A DNA stretch of 64,000 bases, from assembly GCA_913060555.1 (NCBI GenBank), contig CAJXRS010000001.1:4231-68230 (forward strand), in the 5' to 3' direction. The DNA comes from an uncultured Gammaproteobacteria bacterium (lineage in GTDB: Bacteria; Pseudomonadota; Gammaproteobacteria; Pseudomonadales; Porticoccaceae). Positions 31,794 through 41,673 of the stretch are shown here, one piece after another (positions within the stretch are counted from its first letter, which is position 1; each line of letters begins with the position of its first letter). Both the position numbers and the translations under genes were made by a program. The notes under the pieces were generated by a model. It searched no databases and was not told the origin of the DNA. It saw nothing but the letters and a program-made list of their open reading frames with translations.

Positions 31794-32663
31794 ATGAAAG
31801 ACACCGACGGCAAGGTCGCCTTCATCACCGGTGCCGCCAGCGGCATGGGCCTGGGCATGACCAGGGCCTTCACCCGGGCCGGCATGCGCGTGATGATGGC
31901 CGATATCGACGACAAGCGACTGCAGGCCGCCGCCGCCGAGCTGCGCGCCCAGGGCGCGGAGGTGGACACCCACGCCTGCGACATCACCCAGGAGGAGCAG
32001 GTCTTCGCCGCGGCCGAGGCTACGGTGCAGCGCTTCGGCAAGGTCCACGTGCTGTGCAACAACGCCGGGGTGAGTGTCGGCGGGCTCAGCGAGGAACTGT
32101 CCCAGCAGGACTGGGACTGGATCGTCGCGGTCAACCAGACCGCCATCGTCTACGCCATGCGCGCCTTCCTGCCCGGCATGAAGGCCCACGGCGAGAGCGG
32201 CCATGTGGTCACCACCGCCTCCATGGCCGGGCTGATCAACGCCGGTGCCGGCTGGGGCGCCTACAACGCCAGCAAGCACGCCGCGGTGGGCATGATGGAA
32301 GTGCTCTACAGCGAGCTCAAGGACACCCCGCTCGGTGTCTCCGTGCTCTGCCCGGGCGCGGTCAACACCAATATCCTCGAGGCCGCCAAGCACCGTCCGG
32401 CCCAGTTCGGCAGCTCCGACGACCGCCCCATCGCCCTGAATCCGATCGGCGACACCCTGGCCCACGGCCTCGACCCCGACGTGGTCGGCGAGCTGGTGCT
32501 CGACGGCATCCGCGAGGGCCAGTTCTACATCTTCACCGACCCGGGCATGGAGAAGCAGATCGACCGCCTCTTCGACCGCATCAAGCTGGGCTTTGCCTGG
32601 GCGCGCAACAACGAACACCTGAAAGCCGCCAATCAGGGCGAGCTGGTGTGGCGGACCCGGTGA
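31794..32663 (+). CDS. SDR family oxidoreductase
   Basis: ITGAASGMGLG, NNAG, and a YNASK catalytic motif. 289 aa. GGAG Shine-Dalgarno. Confidence 0.88.
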   Translation: MKDTDGKVAFITGAASGMGLGMTRAFTRAGMRVMMADIDDKRLQAAAAELRAQGAEVDTHACDITQEEQVFAAAEATVQRFGKVHVLCNNAGVSVGGLSEELSQQDWDWIVAVNQTAIVYAMRAFLPGMKAHGESGHVVTTASMAGLINAGAGWGAYNASKHAAVGMMEVLYSELKDTPLGVSVLCPGAVNTNILEAAKHRPAQFGSSDDRPIALNPIGDTLAHGLDPDVVGELVLDGIREGQFYIFTDPGMEKQIDRLFDRIKLGFAWARNNEHLKAANQGELVWRTR

Positions 32664-32740
32664 CCCGGCGCTTGCCGGCGCCGCCATCGCCCGACCATGG
32701 GTAGCCGGGGTCGGCGGATCGCGGCGTGCCCCTGGTGCCC

Positions 32741-35458
32741 TCAGCCGGCCGGGGCGGTGCGGATCCTGCGCAAGGCCAGGCGCGCCTGCTTTTCGGCCTC
32801 GATGATGGCAAAGAAGACCACCCCCACGGTGATGATGAGCAGACCGTCCGCCAAGGGGACCGCTGCGGTGCCGAATACCGACTGCAGTGGCGCCAGATAG
32901 GTGACGGCGAACTGCGCCGCGGTTACCGTGATCACACAGGCCCAGACCACCGGCGTGCCCCGCGCCGCGGTCCAGCTAAGCGAGGTGCCATGAATGTTGC
33001 GGATGAAGAACAGGTAGCCTATCTCCAGCACCACCAGCATATTGAGTGCCATGGTCTGGGCCAGGACAACCGGGTAGCCACGGCCGACGGCATGGCTGTA
33101 AATGCCGAACACCGCAGCCAGGAACAGCGCCGAGGCCAATAGGATTTGCCAGATGAGGTCGCCGGTGAGCAGTGGCTGACCGCGCGGGCGAGGCGGGCGC
33201 CGCATGGTGCCGGCTTCGCTGGGCTCAAAGGCCAGCGCCAGCCCCAGGGTCACGGCAGTGACCAGGTTGATCCACAGGATCTGCACCGGGGTGATCGGCA
33301 GCGTCATCCCGGCGGATAGCGCCAGCAGGATGGTCATCGCCTCGCCGGCATTGGTGGGCAGGGTCCAGCTGATCACCTTCTTGATATTGTCGTAGACGGT
33401 GCGGCCCTCGCGCACGGCGGCCGCGATCGAGGCGAAGTTGTCGTCGGCCAGCACCAGTTCGGCCGCTTCCTTGGCCGCCTCACTGCCCTTTTGACCCATG
33501 GCGATGCCGGCGTCGGCGCGTTTTAGGGCCGGAGCGTCGTTGACCCCGTCGCCAGTCATCGCCACGGTCAGCCCCCGGGCCTGCAGCGCGGTGACCAGCC
33601 GCAACTTGTGTTCCGGAGAGGTGCGGGCAAAGACGTCGGTGTGCATGGCCGCGTCGGCCAGCGCGGTGTCGTCCATCGCCTCGAGGTCGGCGCCGGTGAG
33701 CACCCGCTCGGTATTGCGCAGGCCGATCTGCGCGGCGATCGCGCGGGCGGTGGCGGCGTGGTCGCCGGTGATCATCTTCACCCGGATGCCGGCGGCATGG
33801 CATTCCGCCACCGCCTCGATCGCCTCGGGGCGGGGCGGATCGATCAGCCCCACCAGACCGATCAGGGTCAGGCGGCCGTCGATATCCGCGGTGTTGAGCA
33901 CCCTGTGGTCCCGGGGCACGATCCGCCTGGCCAGGGCGAGCACGCGCTGGCCCTGGGCGGCCAGTTGCTCGGTCATGGCCCGCCATCGCTCGCCGTCGAG
34001 TGATACGGCAGCGCCGTCGTCGGCGAGCTGGTCCGCGCACATTGCCAGTACCGCCTCGGGTGCGCCCTTGACGTCGATCCGCGCCCGGCCTTCGTGGTCG
34101 TGGTGCAGTACGGCCATGTAGCGGTGGGCCGCGTCGAAGGGGATGGCGTCGGTGCGGGTCCAGTGCGGGAACGGCTTCGTCCCCTCGGCGGTGATCCCAG
34201 CGGCCAGCGCCAGCAGTGCGCCCTCCATGGGATCGCCCTCCACGCGCCAGTCGTCCCCGGCGCGGTGCAGCGCCGCGTCGTTGCACAGTGCCGCCGCGCG
34301 GGCGGTCTCCAGCAGCGCCGGATACTCGGTTGCGCTCACCGGCACTTCGCCCAGCCGCAACTGGCCGTCGGGTGCATAGCCTTCACCGTCGACGGCGTAG
34401 AGCTGCGTCCCGGCGGCCACCGCCGCTGCGACCATCTCGTTACGGGTCAGGGTGCCGGTCTTGTCCGAGCAGATCACGGATACCGAGCCCAGGGTCTCGA
34501 TGGCCGGCAGACGGCGCACGATGGCGTTGCGCCGCGCCATGGTCCGCACCCCCACCGCCAGGGTGATGGTCAGCACCGCCGGCAGCCCCTCGGGGATGGC
34601 CGCCACCGACAGGCCCACGACCGCCATGAAGAGCTCCGCGAAGGGCAGGTGTCGGACGAGGTATCCATAGCCGAGCAGGCTGGCCGCGACGAGCAGAATG
34701 AACACTGTCAGCCAGCGCGCGAAGGTGTCCATCTGCTGCACCAGGGGGGTGGTCAGGGTCGCCACGGTGGACAGCATGCCGCTGATGCGCCCGATCTCGG
34801 TATGCGGCCCGGTGGCCACCACCAGGCCGCGGCCGGTGCCGGCGGCGACCAGGGTGCCGCTGAACAGCATCGAGCTGCGATCGCCGAGCGCGGCAGCCTC
34901 GGGGTTGGCGGCGACACCCTTGTCCACCGGCACGGACTCGCCGGTGAGGATTGCCTCTTCGACTTTCAGTCCGCGCGCTGCGAGCAGGCGCAGCTCGGCG
35001 GGTACCCGGTCGCCCGCTTCCACCAGCACGATGTCGCCCGGCACCAGCTCGGCGGCGTCCAGGCTCTGCCGGCGGCCGTCGCGCAGCACCGCCGAGTGGG
35101 GCGCCAGCATGTCGCGGATCGCCGCCATCGCCTGCTCTGCGCGACCTTCCTGGATGAAGCCGATGATCGCGTTGACGATGACCACGGCCAGGATGACCCC
35201 GGTGTCCACCCAGTGCGCGAGCAGCGCGGTCACCGCGGCGGAGGCCAGCAGGACATAGATCAGCACATTGTGGAAATGTGCCAGGAAGCGCAGCACTGGG
35301 CTGCGTCTGGGCGGCTCGGGCAGGCGGTTGGGCCCGTAGACCTCGCGCCGCCGTGCGACCTCTTCGCTGCTCAGGCCGTCCGGTGTCGCCTGCACGGCCG
35401 CCAGGGCCGCGGCCGGCGACAGGGCGTGAAAGAGGGGGTGAACCTCGGTTTCCGTCAT
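32741..35458 (-). CDS. Cation-transporting P-type ATPase (type II, Ca2+/Mg2+-like)
   Basis: CSDKTGTLT phosphorylation motif, TGES, MITGDH, MTGDGVNDAPAL and about 10 TM helices. I prefer ATG 35458 (GGGGAG Shine-Dalgarno) over the track's 35476. Confidence 0.9.
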   Translation of the reverse strand: MTETEVHPLFHALSPAAALAAVQATPDGLSSEEVARRREVYGPNRLPEPPRRSPVLRFLAHFHNVLIYVLLASAAVTALLAHWVDTGVILAVVIVNAIIGFIQEGRAEQAMAAIRDMLAPHSAVLRDGRRQSLDAAELVPGDIVLVEAGDRVPAELRLLAARGLKVEEAILTGESVPVDKGVAANPEAAALGDRSSMLFSGTLVAAGTGRGLVVATGPHTEIGRISGMLSTVATLTTPLVQQMDTFARWLTVFILLVAASLLGYGYLVRHLPFAELFMAVVGLSVAAIPEGLPAVLTITLAVGVRTMARRNAIVRRLPAIETLGSVSVICSDKTGTLTRNEMVAAAVAAGTQLYAVDGEGYAPDGQLRLGEVPVSATEYPALLETARAAALCNDAALHRAGDDWRVEGDPMEGALLALAAGITAEGTKPFPHWTRTDAIPFDAAHRYMAVLHHDHEGRARIDVKGAPEAVLAMCADQLADDGAAVSLDGERWRAMTEQLAAQGQRVLALARRIVPRDHRVLNTADIDGRLTLIGLVGLIDPPRPEAIEAVAECHAAGIRVKMITGDHAATARAIAAQIGLRNTERVLTGADLEAMDDTALADAAMHTDVFARTSPEHKLRLVTALQARGLTVAMTGDGVNDAPALKRADAGIAMGQKGSEAAKEAAELVLADDNFASIAAAVREGRTVYDNIKKVISWTLPTNAGEAMTILLALSAGMTLPITPVQILWINLVTAVTLGLALAFEPSEAGTMRRPPRPRGQPLLTGDLIWQILLASALFLAAVFGIYSHAVGRGYPVVLAQTMALNMLVVLEIGYLFFIRNIHGTSLSWTAARGTPVVWACVITVTAAQFAVTYLAPLQSVFGTAAVPLADGLLIITVGVVFFAIIEAEKQARLALRRIRTAPAG

Positions 35459-35683
35459 GCGAACCACTCCCCTCATGGGGTTTGTGCAGGTGTCAGGTGG
35501 CGCTCAGGATAGCGGCTTTCCCCGGCTGCGACCGCGGGTGTCCGTCCGGTTGCCGCCGGCAGCCTGGAAGGGCCGCGCATAACCATCACCGAGTCGGGAA
35601 GCGACGGCGAGGGCCCGCCCCGGGCCCTGCGGCGGCCGAGGATCAATGACCAATCCGTTGCCCGCGGCGGTTTCCCGCCGCGA

Positions 35684-36634
35684 TCAGGCAGCGCTCGCCG
35701 CGTCCAGCTTCGCCAGCGCGGCGCCGTCCAGTTGCAGTTCCGTGGCCTTCACCAGCTCGTCGAGCTGGCGCAGCGAGGTGGCGCTGGCGATGGGCGCGGT
35801 CACCGTGGGTTGGGCGATCAGCCAGGCCAGGGCGACGCGCGCCGGGGTGGCGTCGCAGTCGGCCGCCACCTGGTCGAGGGCGCTGAGGATGCGCAAGCCC
35901 CGCTCGTTCAGGTGCTGGCGGACGAAATCGCCGCGGGCGCTGCCGGCGAGATCGGCCTCGCTGCGGTACTTGCCGGTGAGAAAGCCGCTGGCGAGGGCGA
36001 AATAGGGCAGCACCCCCAATCCCTCGCGCGTGCACACCGCCCGCAGTTCGGCTTCGTAGGCGGCGCGCTCGGCGAGGTTGTAGAGCGGCTGCAGGCTCTG
36101 ATAGCGGGGCAGGCCCAGGCGATCGCTGGTTTCCAGCGCCCTGGCGAGGCGCTCGGCGCCATAGTTGGAGGCGCCGATGGCGCGCACCTTGCCTTGGTGG
36201 ATCAGCTCGGCGAAGGTCTCCAGCGTCTCCTCCAGCGGCGTCTCCGGGTCGTCGACATGGGCCTGGTAGAGATCGATATAGTCGGTCTGCAGGCGGCGCA
36301 GGGAATCCTCGACCGCGCGCTGCAGCCAGTTTTTGGACAGCCCCTTGCGGCCCTCGCCCATGTCCATGCCGGCCTTGGTGGCGAGCACGATGCGGTCGCG
36401 GTTGCCGCGCGCCTTCAGCCAATTGCCGAGCACGGTCTCCGACTCGCCGCCCTGATTGCCGGGAATGAAGCGCGAATAGACATCGGCGGTGTCGATGAAA
36501 TCGAAACCGGCGGCGACGAAGGCATCGAGCATCTCGAACGACTGCCGTTCGTCCAGGGTCCAGCCGAACACATTGCCGCCGAACATCAGTGGCGCAACGC
36601 GGATCTCGGTATCGCCCAATTGTCGTTTTTCCAT
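35684..36634 (-). CDS. Aldo/keto reductase
   Basis: Start set at ATG 36634, with a GAGGAG Shine-Dalgarno. MEKRQLGDTEIRVAPLMFGGNVFGW, FIDTADVY and GASNY motifs. 316 aa. Confidence 0.88.
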   Translation of the reverse strand: MEKRQLGDTEIRVAPLMFGGNVFGWTLDERQSFEMLDAFVAAGFDFIDTADVYSRFIPGNQGGESETVLGNWLKARGNRDRIVLATKAGMDMGEGRKGLSKNWLQRAVEDSLRRLQTDYIDLYQAHVDDPETPLEETLETFAELIHQGKVRAIGASNYGAERLARALETSDRLGLPRYQSLQPLYNLAERAAYEAELRAVCTREGLGVLPYFALASGFLTGKYRSEADLAGSARGDFVRQHLNERGLRILSALDQVAADCDATPARVALAWLIAQPTVTAPIASATSLRQLDELVKATELQLDGAALAKLDAASAA

Positions 36635-36683
36635 GATCGCTCTCCTCGGGGTCGTCGGCCGACCATAGCCGAAACCATCGCGC

Positions 36684-37856
36684 TTAGCCCAACACCCCGG
36701 CGCGGCGCAGTTCGGCCAGTGTCTCCGGCGCCTGGCCGAGTTCGGCGAACACCTCGTCGGTATGCTCGCCCAGCGCCGGCGCCGGGCGGCGGATGGCACA
36801 GGGCTCGCCGGCGAAGATTGCCGCGGCACGCGGCTGGCGGACGCGGCCGCCGATGGGGTGCTCGTATTCGAGGATGGAGCCGCGGTGCACCACCCGGGGG
36901 TCGGCGATCACCTCCTCGAAATCATTGACCTTGGCGCAGGGCACCTGGGCCTCTTCCATGCGCGCGACCAGGTCCGCAGTGGTGAAGCGCGGGGTCCGAC
37001 TCCTGAACTCCGCCATCATCTCGTGGGCGTTGGCAAAGCGATCCGCCAGGGTGCGGAAGCGGGAGTCGGCGAGCAGCTCGGGGGCGTCCAGCACGGCGCA
37101 GGCGCTGGCAAATTCGTGATCGCCCACGGTGAACATGCCGACATGGCCATCGGCGGTGGGCATGGTGGAAATGAACTCGGCGATCAGCGGTTTGGTCTCG
37201 CAGTCGCCGACGAAACTGTGGTTCCAGAAGCCGTCCGGCCACAGGAAGTTGATGCAGGCCTCGAGCATGGTCAGCTCCACGGCATGGCCGCCGGCACCGC
37301 GTTCGCGGGCGAGCAGCGCCGCGGTGATCGCCTGCGCCAGGGTCACCGCGGAGACCTTGTCACAGACGATGTTGCGCACGAACTCCGGGCCGTGTTCGCT
37401 GGTCTGCAGGCGCACCATGCCGGAGACCGCCTGCACCACCAGGTCGTAGACCCGGTTGCCGGCGCCTGGGCCATCCGGGCCGAAGCCGGACAGCGAGACA
37501 TAGATCAGGTTGGGGTTGATGTCGCGGACGGCCGCATAGCCGTAGCCCAGGCGTTCCACCACGCCGGGCCTGGTGTTGTGCACGAAGACATCGGCGCTGC
37601 GCAGCAGATCGGCCATCAGCGGGCGGCTGCGCGGGTCCTTGAGGTTCATGGCCAGGGCCCGCTTGTTGCGGTTGAGGCCCAGGTAATAGCCGGTGACGCC
37701 GTTGCGGATTGCGCCCACGGCGCGGGATGGATCGCCGCCGTCCGGGGCCTCGATGCGGATCACGTCCGCGCCCTGGTCGGCGAGCATCAGGGTACCCATG
37801 GGCGCGGAGACATTGGTGGTGAGTTCGACGATACGGATACCCTGCAGCGGTTCCAT
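36684..37856 (-). CDS. CaiB/BaiF family (class III) CoA-transferase
   Basis: MEPLQGIRIVELTTNVSAPMGTLMLADQGADVIRIE is the family-typical N-terminus. 390 aa. Confidence 0.88.
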   Translation of the reverse strand: MEPLQGIRIVELTTNVSAPMGTLMLADQGADVIRIEAPDGGDPSRAVGAIRNGVTGYYLGLNRNKRALAMNLKDPRSRPLMADLLRSADVFVHNTRPGVVERLGYGYAAVRDINPNLIYVSLSGFGPDGPGAGNRVYDLVVQAVSGMVRLQTSEHGPEFVRNIVCDKVSAVTLAQAITAALLARERGAGGHAVELTMLEACINFLWPDGFWNHSFVGDCETKPLIAEFISTMPTADGHVGMFTVGDHEFASACAVLDAPELLADSRFRTLADRFANAHEMMAEFRSRTPRFTTADLVARMEEAQVPCAKVNDFEEVIADPRVVHRGSILEYEHPIGGRVRQPRAAAIFAGEPCAIRRPAPALGEHTDEVFAELGQAPETLAELRRAGVLG

Positions 37857-37914
37857 GGCTGGCTCCTCATTGATTTATGGTTGTGGTGAGGGAACGGGAC
37901 TGCTGTGAGAGATC

Positions 37915-40900
37915 TTACTCCTCCGCGCCGCCACGGCTACCGGGTTTGCGCTCGATGGTGTAGAAGATGTCGGTGCCGGTGTGCTCGCCGCTCTCCACCT
38001 GCCAGTCGAGACGGTCGCTGATTTCGTAGTTGAGCTGGACCCGCTGGCCGGCGCCGGCCAAACCGGCCAGATAGCGGACATAGATGCGCGGCGCCAGGTA
38101 GCGGCCGAGCACCAGGGCGGTGGTCTCCAGGCCGCCGTCGGATTCGATGCGCACCTCTTCGAGGCCCAGTCGGGAGCCGATGGCCTGGGCCACTTGCTCG
38201 CCCTGGGAGAGGCCGGCGCTGGTGGCCGCCGACATCAGCAGGCCGGCGTCGGCGGCGCTGGTTCCCGACAGCGGGCGGCCCAGCAACAGGTAGGAGAGGA
38301 TGTCGGCATCGGGCATGGCGGGCGAGCTGAACAGCGCCATCTGCGGGGTGCGGGGCGGACCACTGAGGCGCAAGCCGGCGGTCACAGTGTCGATCTTGCG
38401 CTCGGCCACCAGGTCGATCCCGGGGGCGTCCAGGGGGCTGTCTGCGTAGACCACCCGGCCCCGGGTGATGGGGATCGGCCGGCCGCGGAAGCTGTAGGTG
38501 CCTTCCTCCAGGCTGAGCGCGCCCGAGGCGCGGGCCAGCAGCCCGGGCTCCTGGATCACCCGGATCGCGCCCGCCGGCCGGCCGCTCAGCCCGAAACCGG
38601 TGAAGCGAACGTCTTCGCCGAGGCGGATGCGCAGGTCGGCGGCGAGCCGGAGGTCCTGGGCTGGCGGCTGCTCGGCGGTTCCGGGCTCGTGGATGCGGAC
38701 GTCGGCTGACAGGGTGCGGGCGTTTTCCGGCAGGCTTGCGGGTTCGATACGGGCGTAGGGAATGAAGATCTCGCCGCGAACGCTGAGCAGTTCCGGGGTC
38801 AGCGTTGCCCGCAGGTCGGGGTTGACGTCCAGTGCCAGCTCGCGGGTGCTGGCGATGGCGAAGTCCTCGCCGCGCACCTCCAGTGCCGCGTTGCCGGCCA
38901 GCGGCTCCCACCAGCCGTCCAGGCGCAGCTGGCCGTCGCCCGAGGCCAGCGCGCCGTCCATGTTCAGGCGCCCGCCGGGCGCACCCCGGGCGCGCAGCTC
39001 GATGGCGTGCAGCGCGATCCCCAGTGCCGGCAGGCCGACACTGCCGTCGCTGAGCGCCAGTTCGCCGCCGATGCGGGGCGCGGCCAGGGTGCCGGCGAAG
39101 TCCAGGTCGGCGCGCAGCCGCCCGGCGGGTTCCTCGATGACCGCGATCCAGGCGGCGAGCAGATCCAGCGCCTCGGTATTCAGGTGCAGGCGGCCGGCGA
39201 TGGTCTGTTGCGCGGCCGGCGGCGCCGGCAGGGACCAGCCCGGCAGGCGCAGTTGGGCGTCGATCAGGCCGGATCCGGTCACCTCCAGGCGGGCGGTCGC
39301 CGCCAGCCCCTCGGCATCGAGATCCAGGGTCGCGCGGCCCGGACCCAGGGGGATTTGCCGCTCCTCGGCCCCGCCGATGCGCAGGCTGCCGGGTTCGCTG
39401 TGCACCAGCGCCTGTGCTGCCGGCGCCCCGCCCGCGGCCTGCCGCCAGTGCGCCTCGGCGGTGAAACTGGTGTCCAGCGCGATTTCCGGCGGCAGCCAGG
39501 GATCGAGCAGGCCGCCGCCCAGATCGTGCAGGCGCAGGTCGAGGGTCGAGCCGGTGGCGTCCCGGGCGGCATCCAGACAGAGTCGCGCAGGCGCATCCTG
39601 CAGACACAGGGTTTCGACGGCGAGTTGCGCGCCGCTCACCGCCAGCGGCGCCGGTGCCGCCAGGGTCCAGTCCCCGAAGTCCCGGCCGCGCAGGCGCAGC
39701 TCGCCGAGCTCGCCCCGCCAGTGCCAGTCCGGCGCCAGCCCGCCGCTGGCCCGCAGCGCCAGCGCCAGGGGTGTGCCGTTGGCGTCCAGGGTCAGCGCGT
39801 GTTGCTCCCGGGTGCCGCGCAGCCGCGCCTCGACCTCCGGCCAGGACAGGGCGCCGGCGGACAGCTGCGCGCCATCGACGTCCAGGGACAGTTCGCCGCC
39901 GGCGGCGAGATCGACGCCACCCGCGATGTCGAGCTGCGCCGCCGCCAAGGTTCCGTAACCGAAGTCCGCCAGCGTCAGTTCCAGCGCGGCCCGGGGTGCG
40001 TCCCGCGCCCCGGTCAGTTCGCCAGCGAGCCGCAGCGCGCCCCTTGCCTCCGGCAGCAGCTGATCCAGCTCCGGCGCCCGGGCGGCGAAGCGCAGTTGCC
40101 ACTGCGCGTCCAGGGTGCCGTCGGCGCTGAGGCTGGCCGCGCCCAGACGCAGGTCGAGAGCGTCGATCTGCAGCCGCTGTTCGGCCAGCGCAAAGGCCCC
40201 GGAGCCGCTGGCCGGCAGGCCGCGCACCTCGCCCTGCAGGCCTTGGATGCGCAGCTCGGCCCGCAGCGATTCTCCCATCGCGCCGCTGCTGTGGATGGTG
40301 CCGGACAGGCGGCCCGGCCAGGCTGGCGCGAGCAGCGCCGGATCCAGATCCCGCAGTTGCCAGGTGCCGCGCCAGCGCAACTCCGGCGCCCAGCCGAGTT
40401 CGGCCGACCCGGTGATGCCCGCGCCCGCGCTGAACAGGTTCAGCGTCCCGGCCTGGAACTTCGCGCGGTCGCCGCTGCCGGCGATCTCCAGTTCGGCTTC
40501 GGGCAGATCGTCCAGCGCCAGGCGGAAGCCGGCCCGCAGGCGATAGTCGTCGAGCTGGCCGGCGAGTGTGAAGTCGCCCAGCGCCCGGCGCAGTTGCCGG
40601 TCGCCGGGCAGCGGGCGGGCACCGACCGCCAGCTCTCCCTGGGCGGCCACTTCCGGCGCCGGGCCGGCGAGGTCCAGGCTGCCGGTCAGCGCCAGCCGCG
40701 CCCCGCCGTCGCGCTCGGTCACCTCGAGTTCCCCGAGTTCCAGGCGGCGATCGCGATAGGCCAGCCGGAAGCGGGCGTCCAGCGGTTGCCCGGGCAGGCC
40801 CGCAAGGCTCAGGGAGCCCTGGGCGCGGCCGCCGCCGGCGTCGCCCTCGGCGCGCAGCGCGAAAGCCGCCGTCGCGCCCGCCAGGCGGGGCGCCAGCCCC

Positions 40901-41673
40901 GCGAGCCGCTCTGCCGCGAGTTCTGCTTCCAGATGCCATTGCGGTGCGCTCAGGGCCTGGTCCGCGGCCGCCGTGAGGGTGCCGTGCAGCCAGCCGTCGA
41001 GGCGCTGGCTGAGGCGCGGTGTCGCGGCGCTGCCCCGCAGCTGGCCGCTGCCGGACAGCGGGCCCTCGGGCGCCCCGGCCCAGTGCCAGGCCAGCGCCAG
41101 CTCCAGCGGCCAGTCGCCGCGGGTGCCCAGTTCGCCGGACAGCTGCAGCCGGTCGCCATCGCGCTCGGCAACCAGGGCGAGGTCCCGCCAGCGGCTGTCC
41201 TTGCCGCGGCCGCTGAACTGCAAGCGGTCGAGCAGGGCGTCCGGGTCGCCTTCGCGGCGCAGATCGGTGACCTCCAGGTGTTCGACGATCAGCGCCACCG
41301 GCAAAGTGATCTTGGGCAACTGCAAGCCGGCATCCGGCGCGGCGCCGGCTCGGGGGGCCGCGGCGCGGTAGCGGACCCGCTCGGCAGTGACGCGCAGCAC
41401 CAGGGCGCCGCCCTCGATCCGCCAGTCCAGGGCGACCTGGCCCAGGCCGATGCGGGCGCCGTCGGCGCTCCGGTAGGACACCCCGCGCAGCGTCAGCGGC
41501 CCCCACAGGCGGCCCTCGACCCGGGCGATTTCCAGGGTGCCGCCGCCCAGCTGCCCGGCGCGGGACAGCAGTGCCTCCAGCCCGCTGCGTGTGCCGCCCA
41601 GCCACCAGGCCAGCGCCAGGGCGGTTGCCAGCAGCGCGCCCAGCAGGATTGCGGTGCCGCGTCCGCGGCTCAC
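37915..41673 (-). CDS. tamB: Translocation and assembly module subunit TamB (AsmA-like, DUF490 C-terminus)
   Basis: 1252 aa. N-terminal anchor helix, a long repetitive beta-rich body, and a C-terminal DUF490-like end (LGRYLAPRIYVRYLAG...LNYEISDRL). GTGA overlap with the tamA stop. Confidence 0.88.
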   Translation of the reverse strand: MSRGRGTAILLGALLATALALAWWLGGTRSGLEALLSRAGQLGGGTLEIARVEGRLWGPLTLRGVSYRSADGARIGLGQVALDWRIEGGALVLRVTAERVRYRAAAPRAGAAPDAGLQLPKITLPVALIVEHLEVTDLRREGDPDALLDRLQFSGRGKDSRWRDLALVAERDGDRLQLSGELGTRGDWPLELALAWHWAGAPEGPLSGSGQLRGSAATPRLSQRLDGWLHGTLTAAADQALSAPQWHLEAELAAERLAGLAPRLAGATAAFALRAEGDAGGGRAQGSLSLAGLPGQPLDARFRLAYRDRRLELGELEVTERDGGARLALTGSLDLAGPAPEVAAQGELAVGARPLPGDRQLRRALGDFTLAGQLDDYRLRAGFRLALDDLPEAELEIAGSGDRAKFQAGTLNLFSAGAGITGSAELGWAPELRWRGTWQLRDLDPALLAPAWPGRLSGTIHSSGAMGESLRAELRIQGLQGEVRGLPASGSGAFALAEQRLQIDALDLRLGAASLSADGTLDAQWQLRFAARAPELDQLLPEARGALRLAGELTGARDAPRAALELTLADFGYGTLAAAQLDIAGGVDLAAGGELSLDVDGAQLSAGALSWPEVEARLRGTREQHALTLDANGTPLALALRASGGLAPDWHWRGELGELRLRGRDFGDWTLAAPAPLAVSGAQLAVETLCLQDAPARLCLDAARDATGSTLDLRLHDLGGGLLDPWLPPEIALDTSFTAEAHWRQAAGGAPAAQALVHSEPGSLRIGGAEERQIPLGPGRATLDLDAEGLAATARLEVTGSGLIDAQLRLPGWSLPAPPAAQQTIAGRLHLNTEALDLLAAWIAVIEEPAGRLRADLDFAGTLAAPRIGGELALSDGSVGLPALGIALHAIELRARGAPGGRLNMDGALASGDGQLRLDGWWEPLAGNAALEVRGEDFAIASTRELALDVNPDLRATLTPELLSVRGEIFIPYARIEPASLPENARTLSADVRIHEPGTAEQPPAQDLRLAADLRIRLGEDVRFTGFGLSGRPAGAIRVIQEPGLLARASGALSLEEGTYSFRGRPIPITRGRVVYADSPLDAPGIDLVAERKIDTVTAGLRLSGPPRTPQMALFSSPAMPDADILSYLLLGRPLSGTSAADAGLLMSAATSAGLSQGEQVAQAIGSRLGLEEVRIESDGGLETTALVLGRYLAPRIYVRYLAGLAGAGQRVQLNYEISDRLDWQVESGEHTGTDIFYTIERKPGSRGGAEE

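Noticed and set aside
35459-35683. Mg2+ (M-box) or other riboswitch in the leader of the P-type ATPase
   Set aside because: I found no recognisable M-box core. The only feature is a GC hairpin (about 35612-35632), which is more simply the end of the convergently placed aldo/keto reductase transcript.
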